The position numbers were made by a program, and so were the translations under genes. From contig JAYKGU010000213.1 of NCBI GenBank assembly GCA_035285585.1, positions 21,377-85,376 of the forward strand: a stretch of DNA of 64,000 bases, written 5' to 3'. Shown here piece after piece: positions 12,328-21,493 of the stretch (positions are counted from its first letter, which is position 1; the number at the start of each line of letters is the position of its first letter). The notes under the pieces were generated by a model. That model saw only the letters and a program-made list of their open reading frames with translations, searched no databases and was not told where the DNA came from. This stretch comes from Synechococcales cyanobacterium. Its GTDB lineage: Bacteria; Cyanobacteriota; Cyanobacteriia; CAKZMO01.

Positions 12328-13293
12328 GTGTTTCATGAGGGTTTCCTGACGATGCGCGATCGCCCCTATCAGCTCCTGTGGGAAATTCCCCTGGCTGTTC
12401 TGTCCTTCCTGTTTTTCAAGGTGATGAAGGCCGTCATTGGTGTTCTTTACCTGGCCTTTCTCCAGCTCAATCCGGCGAAGGCCACCCAGTGGCGGGTGCT
12501 GTCGGCGGAAACCCTGGCGTCGCCCCTGAGTCTGCCCGTCCTCATGACCAAAGGCCCCCGCTGGAATACCCACGCCATCATCGGCACCGCTGGCCCCTTC
12601 CCGGTCAGCCACACCCTGGCCCTGGATGGGGAAACGATCCGGGCCTCGGCGGCGTCCTGGACGGCGGCAATTTACACCTATCCGGGCTACCGCACCGTGG
12701 GCACCCTCGGTTCCCTCAGCGGTCAGGGGGAGCAACTGACGCTGCTCCCCGGTCGCTACTCGGTGGGGCTGCGCTATTACAACTGGCGGGACACGGTGGT
12801 GATGCCATCCATTTCGGTGGACGGGGAGGAGCGCATTCCCGCCCAGGCGGTTTCCCCCAAGGTAAACGCGTTCTATGGGAAGCTGGCTGAGCGGAAAAGC
12901 TGGTTTTACCAGGCGCTGCACTACTATGTCTACACCCTGCTCAAGCTGCGCCGCTGGCTACCAGAGGGCTTTGTGCAGCGCGAGTATCTGCCCGTGGGTG
13001 CCCCTGAGACGGCCTTCCTCTATGGGGCGATCGCCCCCGGTCATACCCTCCGGCTCCACCTCCAGCCTCCCCTGCTGGAGCAATACGACACCTATCTGAC
13101 CCTCTACAACCGGGCCAGTCTGCCCCTGTTTTGGGAACAGCTCCGCTCCCCCGACTACGCCAGCCCACTCCTGCCCAATGACGGCACTTATCTTTTGCGC
13201 ATTCGCCCCAAACCAGGCAGCTCTCCTGATGCAGCCGAAAATGCGCCCCTGGCCTTTTCCCCTGACTGGATCACCATCACCACCCAGCCATGA
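12328..13293 (+). CDS. Hypothetical protein with an N-terminal TM helix, wedged between ols and the PPTase
   Basis: 321-aa ORF with host-like GC3-rich codon usage. It starts 3 nt after the ols stop (GTG 12328, or ATG 12352). Its stop overlaps the PPTase start in ATGA (13290-13293). I recognise no motif. Confidence 0.6.
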   Translation: MFHEGFLTMRDRPYQLLWEIPLAVLSFLFFKVMKAVIGVLYLAFLQLNPAKATQWRVLSAETLASPLSLPVLMTKGPRWNTHAIIGTAGPFPVSHTLALDGETIRASAASWTAAIYTYPGYRTVGTLGSLSGQGEQLTLLPGRYSVGLRYYNWRDTVVMPSISVDGEERIPAQAVSPKVNAFYGKLAERKSWFYQALHYYVYTLLKLRRWLPEGFVQREYLPVGAPETAFLYGAIAPGHTLRLHLQPPLLEQYDTYLTLYNRASLPLFWEQLRSPDYASPLLPNDGTYLLRIRPKPGSSPDAAENAPLAFSPDWITITTQP

Positions 13294-14045
13294 GTGACGC
13301 GGTTCCCGCCCTGCAGCAAACCTGGCAGTCGCCGCCCCCGGTGCTTACCTTGAAGGAAAGCGAAGTGCATCTGTGGCAAGCCTCGCTGGATGTCTCCGCT
13401 GATCTCCTGACCCAACTGGCCCGATCCCTCTCCGCCGACGAGCGCGATCGCGCCAATCGCTTCAAATTTGCCCAGCACCGCCAGGCCTACGTCGCCGCCC
13501 GAGGTATCCTGCGGCAGATGCTCGCCGCTTACCTCCAGGCCAATCCGGCGCACCTGTGCTTTCAGTACGGCGATCGCGGCAAACCTGCCCTGGTGTCGCC
13601 CAATCCCTTAAACCTCTCGTTTAACCTCTCCCACTCCAACAATCTGGCCCTCTATGCCGTCACCCGCCATGTGCCGGTGGGGGTGGATGTGGAGTGTTTG
13701 CGATCGCTCCCCGACGCCGACAAGCTGGCCGAGCGCTTCTTCACCCCCCAGGAAGCTACCCTGCTCAAAGCAATGGCCGCCGCCGACCGGGAGCGGCTGT
13801 TTTTCAAGCTGTGGACCTGCAAGGAAGCCTATCTGAAGGCCATTGGCGAGGGCATTGCGGGCCTGCACACCGTGGAAATTTCCCTGGGGCTGCCGGTATC
13901 GGAACCAGTACTCCGCCTGCCCTACGCCCCCCACACCGTCAAAGCCTGGTCGCTGCAGACGCTTGATCTGGGCGATCGCTACCTCGCTGCCCTGGCGGTA
14001 AAGCTACCCAAATTCGTTTCCCAGACGTTTCGCTTTCCTACCTAG
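13290..14045 (+). CDS. Sfp-type 4'-phosphopantetheinyl transferase
   Basis: Motifs FNLSHSNNLALYAV, VGVDVE and FFKLWTCKEAYLKAIGEG (the W/F-x-x-KEA-x-x-K motif). Translationally coupled to the preceding ORF. Confidence 0.85.
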   Translation: MSDAVPALQQTWQSPPPVLTLKESEVHLWQASLDVSADLLTQLARSLSADERDRANRFKFAQHRQAYVAARGILRQMLAAYLQANPAHLCFQYGDRGKPALVSPNPLNLSFNLSHSNNLALYAVTRHVPVGVDVECLRSLPDADKLAERFFTPQEATLLKAMAAADRERLFFKLWTCKEAYLKAIGEGIAGLHTVEISLGLPVSEPVLRLPYAPHTVKAWSLQTLDLGDRYLAALAVKLPKFVSQTFRFPT

Positions 14046-14793
14046 GAGCATCCGCCGCGAGAAATTTGCGGTAGCGATCGCTCAAGTCCTCCACTGCCCG
14101 CTCGTAGAACTGCCTGCCGTGATCGGGGGTGGCCAGGGCCGGATTTGACCCCATGCGTCCGTCGGGGTAGCGGCGGCGGAAGTCAACGGCGTTGTAGATG
14201 GGATGCCCCGACGCGACGGGGGAAGTGAGGGGGGCCTGCTTGATGGCGTTGGGATAGACGTACTGGGTGAGGGCCACCTCGCTGGGGGTAGCGTGGGAAC
14301 CTTCCTCCGCGCCATACAGTTCCCGCGCCAGTTGGGCGACAGCGGGGCAGGTAAACCAGTTCTCCAGGCGGCACTGGACGCGATCGCCGTGGGAAATGGG
14401 CAGATCCAGGATTGCCGCGTAGGTTTCAGAAAAGGCCGCCTTCAGGGTGGCAATGTTCCCACCGTGGCCGTTGATAAAAAAGAACTGGGTGAAGCCTGCA
14501 CGGGCCAGACTCACTAGATAGTCTCGGATCACCAGAATCAGGGTGCTGGGACGCAGGCTGATGCTGCCAGGGAAAGCGGTGTGGTGCAGGGCCATGCCCA
14601 CGCTGATGGTGGGGGCTACCAGGGCACCCGTGGCTTCACCAACGCCCTGGGCGATCGCCTCGGCGCAGATGGCGTCGGTACCAATCAGCCCTGTTGGCCC
14701 ATGCTGTTCGGTCGAGCCGATGGGAATGATGAGTCCCTGAGAATCGGTCAGATAGGCTTCAACCTCAAGCCAGGTCGCTAATTGCAGTAACAC
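14038..14793 (-). CDS. Creatininase-family amidohydrolase
   Basis: The N-terminal IIPIGSTEQHGPTGLIGTD matches the creatininase-family signature (GS-x-EQHGP). 251 aa. Convergent with the PPTase gene, with an 8-bp 3' overlap. Confidence 0.7.
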   Translation of the reverse strand: MLLQLATWLEVEAYLTDSQGLIIPIGSTEQHGPTGLIGTDAICAEAIAQGVGEATGALVAPTISVGMALHHTAFPGSISLRPSTLILVIRDYLVSLARAGFTQFFFINGHGGNIATLKAAFSETYAAILDLPISHGDRVQCRLENWFTCPAVAQLARELYGAEEGSHATPSEVALTQYVYPNAIKQAPLTSPVASGHPIYNAVDFRRRYPDGRMGSNPALATPDHGRQFYERAVEDLSDRYRKFLAADAPR

Positions 14794-14865
14794 GCTAGGT
14801 TAATCCACTCAACAACAATCATCAAGAAACGGTGAGATTATATTTTTTTTCCGGAAATTTCTGCG

Positions 14866-15237
14866 ATGATCCCCAATTCATTCTCAACACTCGCTAGAAT
14901 AATCCAAGATAATAAGTATTACAGCGCACCCAGGTCATCCGAGTTTATCTCTATGCGACTCGATACGTCTGGCCAAGATAGTTTGGGAACGCATCATCTT
15001 GGAGAATTGTTTGCTACACTCGCTCCTTTGCAGGCGCTCCGTTGGTTTGGGGTGTCTGCCCATCCATGGCCCAAACAATTGCTGGAGCAATTCAATCGCC
15101 AGAGGGATCCAGATGGTCTAACCTGGTATGTAGGCGTCGATCCTTCTCAGTCTCACATCGGTTTCGCATCTGGCCAGGTCAGTCAGTGGCATTCACCAGT
15201 TCCACGTTCCATAGCCGCCCATTTGTCAAATACTTGA
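14866..15237 (+). CDS. Hypothetical protein (weak call)
   Basis: 123-aa ORF in an AT-richer stretch with atypical codons (aga, ata, agg, tca). No motif recognised. An internal Met at 14953 is an alternative start. Confidence 0.3.
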   Translation: MIPNSFSTLARIIQDNKYYSAPRSSEFISMRLDTSGQDSLGTHHLGELFATLAPLQALRWFGVSAHPWPKQLLEQFNRQRDPDGLTWYVGVDPSQSHIGFASGQVSQWHSPVPRSIAAHLSNT

Positions 15238-15265
15238 AGAGCCAATTGCTCAGGGGAGACGATTC

Positions 15266-15577
15266 ATGTTAAACCGCAAGATCTATCAACTTTGCTGCGA
15301 CGGTCGTGAGGTCTGGATCTTCTTGCGGGATCAGCAGCGTTGGATTGAACGCGCCCGTATCCTCGACATCGAAGGAGATCTGGTGACCGTACGATACGAG
15401 TCCGATGAAGAAGACGAAATTTGCTCCTGGGAAGAAATGATTCGTCTTGAAAGCATTGGCTCAATCCAGCAAAAGCTGTCCGCTGTCCCCAAAGGAGATG
15501 TGGAGCCACTGGTCTCCGACGACTGCCCAGAAGCCGAACAAATCCGCAACCAGCGACCCGACGCCAACGACAACTAG
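15266..15577 (+). CDS. Small acidic hypothetical protein
   Basis: 103-aa ORF (MLNRKIYQLCCDGREVWIFLRDQQRWIERARILDIEGDLVTVRYESDEEDE...). Codon usage is reasonable. No function recognised. Confidence 0.5.
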   Translation: MLNRKIYQLCCDGREVWIFLRDQQRWIERARILDIEGDLVTVRYESDEEDEICSWEEMIRLESIGSIQQKLSAVPKGDVEPLVSDDCPEAEQIRNQRPDANDN

Positions 15578-17283
15578 CGATCGCGCGACATTTCGTCGGT
15601 TTGCTCTGACACATCCAGCTCACTCTCGAGGGGCAGGTAGGCCGAGCGAAAAGCAGGACAGTATCCCTCTGGCGTTACTTTGAACCCAAACAGGGGAGAC
15701 ACCTGGTTCCAGCAGCGCTGCCCCCGGTAAAAGGAGCAATTGTCGCAGCATTCCACCTGGGTAGAGGGGGCCATGCTGTCTGCCTGATTTAAAAGCTCCC
15801 GCTGCTGTAAGCCCCGCAAAACCAGATCTTCCCCCTGCCAGCGGGCTTCCACCAGCCCGGTGTCGGCAAATTGCTTCCAGCGGGGGTCTGAGGCGATCGC
15901 CTTATTCATGGTGATCAGCACGGTGGTCTTCAGTTCCGTTAGCTCTCCCTCGTAGTGGGTTTCCGGCGGTGCGGGTTGAATGAACGTATCGCCAATAGTC
16001 AGCTCGATGCGGGTTTCCGCCGTCGGCAAGTGCAAGTGGTAGCGATTCTGCAGTTCTTCCAGGCTGGTAAGATCCGTCAGGTAGGTGGGCGACCCGTGGA
16101 CAAAGACCACATGCTGCGGACGCAGGTTGTGAATGAGCTGGAGCGTCCCCGACCCATCGCAGTGATCTCCCAATAAGTAGGAATCAATATCCAGCCGCCC
16201 CGCCTGAATCTGGGCCTGCAAAGCTGGAGATGCCTGAATTTTTTCATAGGCTGCCGTCTCCACGGTGCTCATTTGACCAGGCTTTTGGGCCAGCAGCAGC
16301 AGCCAACGGCCCGTGTCGCTGCGGCAATAGCGTCGGAGGTTAGATTTTTTGTCGGTCAAGACAATGCAGGGGACATCGGGGTTAGCGCTGAGGGCCACCC
16401 TGTCCAGCTCAGACCCCTGAGGAAGCTGGCGGACGTGGGGACGGATCCGCTCGTCCCAGAAGAGGGGTTGATGGCGGGCAAAGTTTTGGACGGTGTTAGG
16501 GAAATAGGGCAGCAGGTTCAGGTAGGCGTCGCAACCAAGGGCGACGGTGCCGTCTACCCAAATGTTGATGTCGCGGCCTGTGAAGTGATGGTGGCTACGA
16601 AGCAGCATGAGCAGCTCTTGCCCCAATCCCAGTGTCGGGCTGGGTAAGAGAATAGACTGTCCCTGGGCGATCGCCTGGTTAATCTTGTCGGCCAGAGCGT
16701 TCTCCTGCTGACGGCGGCGGGGATGGCGGGCGGTACCGTAGGTGCCTTCTACAATCAACACATCCGGATTGAGGCCGCGCAGCTCATCCAGAGGCAGCCC
16801 TTCGACGAGCCGCGAGTTGGAAAGCAAAAAGTCTCCCGTGTAAAAAACTGTGTAGGTGCGCTGCCCCCCGGAGTAAGTCAGCAGAATGGAGGCCGCTCCA
16901 GGGAGATGACCGGACGGCCAGATTTGCAGGGTGAGGTCTTCTGCGACCTGAACGGGCGATCGCCACGGGAGAGACTGGCAAAATTGGGGAACATCCTGAC
17001 TCAACCAGTTCAGGGGCAGCAGACTGGCGGTTACCTCACTGGCATAAATCGCGAGGTTGGGAAAGGCTTGGTGCAGATCCAGCAGCCCATGGGCATGGTC
17101 AGAATGGGCATGGCTGCAAAACACCAAATCGGCAGGGACAGCGCCATCCGGGCCTCGCAGGAGGGGCGACAGGTCTTCCAGCCCACAATCCAGCAGGATG
17201 CGATGCGGCCCCATCTGGACAAGCAAACAGACCCCCTCATCCGCATGACCAACCGCGTAAGGGGAGCATTCCAATTCAGCCAC
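15574..17283 (-). CDS. MBL-fold metallo-hydrolase (beta-CASP-like) with a Cys-rich C-terminal extension
   Basis: HxHxDH motif (CSHAHSDHAHGL) near the N-terminus. 569 aa. The C-terminus carries CCDNCSFYRGQRC...C. Confidence 0.75.
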   Translation of the reverse strand: MAELECSPYAVGHADEGVCLLVQMGPHRILLDCGLEDLSPLLRGPDGAVPADLVFCSHAHSDHAHGLLDLHQAFPNLAIYASEVTASLLPLNWLSQDVPQFCQSLPWRSPVQVAEDLTLQIWPSGHLPGAASILLTYSGGQRTYTVFYTGDFLLSNSRLVEGLPLDELRGLNPDVLIVEGTYGTARHPRRRQQENALADKINQAIAQGQSILLPSPTLGLGQELLMLLRSHHHFTGRDINIWVDGTVALGCDAYLNLLPYFPNTVQNFARHQPLFWDERIRPHVRQLPQGSELDRVALSANPDVPCIVLTDKKSNLRRYCRSDTGRWLLLLAQKPGQMSTVETAAYEKIQASPALQAQIQAGRLDIDSYLLGDHCDGSGTLQLIHNLRPQHVVFVHGSPTYLTDLTSLEELQNRYHLHLPTAETRIELTIGDTFIQPAPPETHYEGELTELKTTVLITMNKAIASDPRWKQFADTGLVEARWQGEDLVLRGLQQRELLNQADSMAPSTQVECCDNCSFYRGQRCWNQVSPLFGFKVTPEGYCPAFRSAYLPLESELDVSEQTDEMSRDR

Positions 17284-17357
17284 AGCGGTTTCACCACCCT
17301 TCAGTGCAATTCCAACAGCCTGCAGATAGACAGGCCAGGGGTAGGCAGCGTTGGGAG

Positions 17358-17480
17358 TTAGTGGGCCGAACCATTACCGTGGTAGTTGTCTGAGTCGTAG
17401 AAGCCGTTGCGGGTGCCAAAGAACAGGCAGGCCAGCACGAAAAGCGGCGTGAGGGCCAAAAGCAGCGTTTTAATATCCAT
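17358..17480 (-). CDS. 40-aa single-TM membrane peptide, below the ORF-track cutoff
   Basis: Hand translation of the minus strand gives MDIKTLLLALTPLFVLACLFFGTRNGFYDSDNYHGNGSAH*. It has ATG and TAA codons, one hydrophobic helix and a polar tail. The layout resembles the small subunits of photosynthetic or NDH complexes, but I cannot identify it. Confidence 0.4.
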   Translation of the reverse strand: MDIKTLLLALTPLFVLACLFFGTRNGFYDSDNYHGNGSAH

Positions 17481-17679
17481 TTGAAAAATATCCTATATAA
17501 CTCGGTGAGATGGGAGGGGGAAAAGCGCCTGCTGTAAGAGTGCCTTACTCAGGTGCATTTTTGACGACGCACTGAAGACGCACTGATCAAGTCAAGGCGC
17601 GCCAATGAAATTCTCCAATACAATCATCCTATCAATCAAGCCACTCCTGTAATCAAGCTCAGTTTAACCCATACTGCTG

Positions 17680-18309
17680 ATGGAACCCGCTTATTCCCAG
17701 GCGATCGCCCCTGACTGGCTAGCCCGCCCCTCCCCCGAGGTTGCGCCTGATCTGGTGGGCTGTACCCTGGTGCGCCGTCTAGATGCCCACCGAACGATCC
17801 GGGGACTCATTGTAGAGACAGAAGCCTATGCCCCCGGTGACCCCGCCTGTCACGCCTATCGGCGGCGCACCCCTCGCAATACAGTAATGTTTGGCCCTGC
17901 TGGGATGACCTATGTCTATCTCATCTACGGCATGTACCATTGCCTGAACATTGTCACCGACCAGGATGGAATTCCCAGCGCGGTCCTCATTCGGGCACTG
18001 CAGCTCCCCCAAGTTCCAGATGGCTTAGCGCCAGGGGTGGGATCCAAGAAAAAAACATCGCATCCCAACCGCATTGCAGCCGGCCCAGGGAAGCTCTGTC
18101 GAGCGCTGGACATTGACCTCAGTCTGACGGGCCGCGCGCTCTTGACCGATGAACCTCTCTGGCTGGAGCACCGCTCAGAGGAGGTGTGTCGGCAGATTGA
18201 ACAGCAGCGGTTTGCCCTTGTCCAGACTACCCGCATCGGCCTATCCCAGGGGACAGAAATTCCCTGGCGATGGTATCTTCAGGGATCGCCAGCCGTATCC
18301 CGCCCTTAA
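17680..18309 (+). CDS. DNA-3-methyladenine glycosylase (MPG/AAG family)
   Basis: GLIVETEAYAPGDPACHAYRRRTPRNTVMFGPAGMTYVYLIYGMYHCLNIV is the characteristic core of the family. 209 aa. Confidence 0.85.
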   Translation: MEPAYSQAIAPDWLARPSPEVAPDLVGCTLVRRLDAHRTIRGLIVETEAYAPGDPACHAYRRRTPRNTVMFGPAGMTYVYLIYGMYHCLNIVTDQDGIPSAVLIRALQLPQVPDGLAPGVGSKKKTSHPNRIAAGPGKLCRALDIDLSLTGRALLTDEPLWLEHRSEEVCRQIEQQRFALVQTTRIGLSQGTEIPWRWYLQGSPAVSRP

Positions 18310-18555
18310 AACTTGCCCTGCCTTCCTCGGCAGCAGAGAGACTGGCGGGGCGGAGCAATGAGTTGGCGGCTCCGGTGAGCGGAGAGGATAAACTGGAAAA
18401 AGCAACGGTAGCGATACAGGTTGTTACAATAGTTCACAAATCGCTAAATCCAATTGCTAGGTTAGCTTACCGAACCAGTCCACCAAATTGGCTCGCCTAA
18501 CTGAGATTATCCGACCATCGCCACTCGCCCGCTGTCGATACCTTAAAACCCGTTC

Positions 18556-20640
18556 ATGATGCAACCCGCAGCTGATCCCGTTCGCCAGTCTGAGTCGTTC
18601 CCACCCGATACACCCGGAGCGATTTCCAGCCATTCCCGTAGCACGCCGTTCCCCGAACCTGCCCATGACGTCGATGCGATCGCCGTCACCGTTCACCCCC
18701 GCCCTGCTGAGGATGAACCAGCAGCATCGGCCCACGTGGCCAGCCCGCCCCCCAGCCGTCCAGAACTGCGCTATGACCCGGAGGCGATCGCTGCCTACTA
18801 TCGGCGCAGACCCTTCCAGGTGTTGCTGCGGATTTTTAACATTGTCTGGCCCGCCCTATCGTTCGCGTTTGGTCTGTGGTGGGATCAGCGCACCGGGCAA
18901 ACTCAGAAGAACGAGCAGCGGCGAGCTGTTCAATCACGGGTGCTGCTGACAAACCTCGGCCCTGCGTACATCAAGGTCGGACAGGCTCTGTCAACGCGCC
19001 CTGACCTGGTTTCTCCTGTCTATCTGGAAGAATTGAGCCAGCTTCAGGACCAGCTACCGGCATTCCCCAACGAGCTGGCCTTCCAGTTTATTGAGGAAGA
19101 GCTGGGCGATCGCCCCGAAAACGTCTACGCCGAACTGTCGGAACAGCCCATCGCCGCGGCTTCCCTGGGGCAGGTTTACAAAGGCCGCCTTAAGAGCGGC
19201 GAGACGGTGGCGGTGAAGGTGCAGCGGCCCGGACTGGCCCAAAGAATTGCCCTGGATATTTACATCTTGCGGATGCTGGCCGCTATCGTGACGCGCACGG
19301 TGAAGCAGCTCAAGAGCGACCTGGTGGGCATTATGGACGAGTTCGGTGCCCGCATTTTTGAAGAGATGGACTACACCCAGGAAGGGCTGAATGCGGAGCG
19401 CTTTGCGGAACTGTACGGCCACCTGCAGGACATTCACGTCCCCCAAATTTACTGGCAATACTCCAACCGCCGGGTGCTGACGATGGAGTGGGTTACGGGC
19501 ACCAAGCTCACCCAGCTCGACGCCATTCGGGCGCAGGGCATTGACGCTCGCCACTTAATTGAGGTCGGGGTGCAGTGTTCTCTGCGACAGCTCCTGGAGC
19601 ACGGCTTTTTCCACGCCGACCCCCACCCCGGCAACCTGCTGGCCACGCCCCAGGGCAAGCTTGCCTACCTCGATTTCGGCATGATGAGCGAGGTGAAGCC
19701 CTACCAGCGCTATGGCCTGCTAGAAGCGGTGGTGCATCTGGTCAACCGCGATTTTGAAGGGCTGGCCCAGGACTACATCAAGCTGGAGTTCCTCACCCCT
19801 GAGACTGACCTCCGACCCATCATTCCGGCCCTATCCAATGTTTTCAACAACGCCCTGGGGGCCAGCGTCGCTGAGCTGAACTTTAAGAGCATCACTGACC
19901 AGCTTTCGGCCCTGATGTACGAGTACCCCTTCCGGGTGCCTGCCTATTACGCCCTGATCATCCGTTCGCTGGTGACCCTGGAGGGAATTGCCATTAAGGT
20001 TGATCCGGAATTCAAAGTGCTTAGCAAAGCCTACCCCTACGTTGCCCGCAGACTCCTCACCGACCAATCCCCCCAACTGCGGGCCTCTTTGCAGGATCTG
20101 CTGTTTAAGGAGGGCAGCTTCCGCTGGAACCGCCTGGAGAACCTGCTGCGTAACGCCAGCAACAGCCCGGACTACGACCTCAGCCAGATTCTGAATCAGA
20201 CTATTGACTTTTTATTCTCCGATCGGGGCGCATTTATCCGCGACTTTCTGGTGGAAGAGATTGTGCGTACCGTCGATAGCATGGGGCGCAACACCTTTCA
20301 GCGGGTTGTCTTCAGCCTCCGGCAGCGGGTTGGCCTCAATCACAATCAGCCGCCCGTGCCCCTGGAGGAACAGGGCAATATCGGCCACATCATTCGCATT
20401 CTCGCTATTTTACGGGATACGCCCGGATTTGACCCCCAGCTGCTCCTGGATGTGGTGCCGCGCCTGTTGAGTAAGCCAGAGCTGCGGCATATGAGCCAGG
20501 ACATTGCCAGCGGTTTGGCCCAGCGGGCGATCGCTCGATTTATTCGGGAGTTTCTCTTGAACGAAGAGCCGACGAACCCTCCGACACAACCACTACCGAC
20601 TAACCGTCGCTTAGAGCCGGCCTTACCCCTGACTCGGTAA
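18556..20640 (+). CDS. ABC1/UbiB-family atypical kinase
   Basis: LGPAYIKVGQALSTRPDLV, AAASLGQVYKGRL..GETVAVKVQRPG and FFHADPHPGN are the ABC1-domain motifs. Confidence 0.85.
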   Translation: MMQPAADPVRQSESFPPDTPGAISSHSRSTPFPEPAHDVDAIAVTVHPRPAEDEPAASAHVASPPPSRPELRYDPEAIAAYYRRRPFQVLLRIFNIVWPALSFAFGLWWDQRTGQTQKNEQRRAVQSRVLLTNLGPAYIKVGQALSTRPDLVSPVYLEELSQLQDQLPAFPNELAFQFIEEELGDRPENVYAELSEQPIAAASLGQVYKGRLKSGETVAVKVQRPGLAQRIALDIYILRMLAAIVTRTVKQLKSDLVGIMDEFGARIFEEMDYTQEGLNAERFAELYGHLQDIHVPQIYWQYSNRRVLTMEWVTGTKLTQLDAIRAQGIDARHLIEVGVQCSLRQLLEHGFFHADPHPGNLLATPQGKLAYLDFGMMSEVKPYQRYGLLEAVVHLVNRDFEGLAQDYIKLEFLTPETDLRPIIPALSNVFNNALGASVAELNFKSITDQLSALMYEYPFRVPAYYALIIRSLVTLEGIAIKVDPEFKVLSKAYPYVARRLLTDQSPQLRASLQDLLFKEGSFRWNRLENLLRNASNSPDYDLSQILNQTIDFLFSDRGAFIRDFLVEEIVRTVDSMGRNTFQRVVFSLRQRVGLNHNQPPVPLEEQGNIGHIIRILAILRDTPGFDPQLLLDVVPRLLSKPELRHMSQDIASGLAQRAIARFIREFLLNEEPTNPPTQPLPTNRRLEPALPLTR

Positions 20641-20659
20641 CGAGCATCGCCAGCCGCCC

Positions 20660-21184
20660 CTACCGTCCCTTACTGGAGGAAGCACTGGAGGGCTGGGGCG
20701 TGCTGGCATCGTTGGCAGGCAGGTCGTGATCGGCCTTCAGGCGCTCCATCATAATCTCAATCTGCTTGCGTTCCTGCTCCAGTTTCTTTTCTAGCTCCTG
20801 GATCTGGTCACGGCGGGTTTCTAGCTCAATCTTCTGTCGGCCCAGATCCTGACTCTGTAGAGTCAAGGACTGTCGCCACTGCTCCAGGCGCTCGACCTCC
20901 TCCTGCATCTGCTCGGGGGTGATGCCCTGGGAGAGGTATTGGTTGATGGTGTCTAGAATCCAGCGAGTCGCTTCCTGGACGCTTTTGACCTGGCGATCGT
21001 TGGAGAGCTTCACAATCAGCAGTACGCCATCGCTGTAGTCTTGGATCTCCCCAGCCCCAGCAACTAACTCTTTTTCATTAGGGGGTATGACCGTCCAGAA
21101 ATGCTCAGCTTTCTTTTGGGCAAGCAGTTGTAGCCCTGCATTACCGGAACGATCAGGTTTTAATACCTTAGCTAGGTAAAGCAT
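20660..21184 (-). CDS. Coiled-coil hypothetical protein
   Basis: 174-aa ORF. The C-terminal half is a heptad-like E/K/Q/L-rich region (EEVERLEQWRQSLTLQSQDLGRQKIELETRRDQIQELEKKLEQERKQIE). Function not recognised. Confidence 0.55.
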   Translation of the reverse strand: MLYLAKVLKPDRSGNAGLQLLAQKKAEHFWTVIPPNEKELVAGAGEIQDYSDGVLLIVKLSNDRQVKSVQEATRWILDTINQYLSQGITPEQMQEEVERLEQWRQSLTLQSQDLGRQKIELETRRDQIQELEKKLEQERKQIEIMMERLKADHDLPANDASTPQPSSASSSKGR

Positions 21185-21493
21185 CGCGATCCATCAGATA
21201 GCCAGGTTTTGAGAGCTAGTATATCCTCATCCTCCCTGGAGAAAACGGTTAGAGGCATCTACATTCAGAGAAGACATCATTTGGTGAAGATATGGCCACG
21301 GGTCGCTCACGCCTATACTCTAGTCCAGAATCGGCCATTGGGCATCTATCACTTATGGGACTTACGCACTGAGTGCGGCTTCTTGGGGTTTTGGTTGGGT
21401 TATGGGCGCTTAACAAAATTACCCGCTGTGCAATCCTAACTTATCAATTTTTGGTAGCTTTCAGGAGCATTGGGCCTGATGCCGCAGGTCTGG

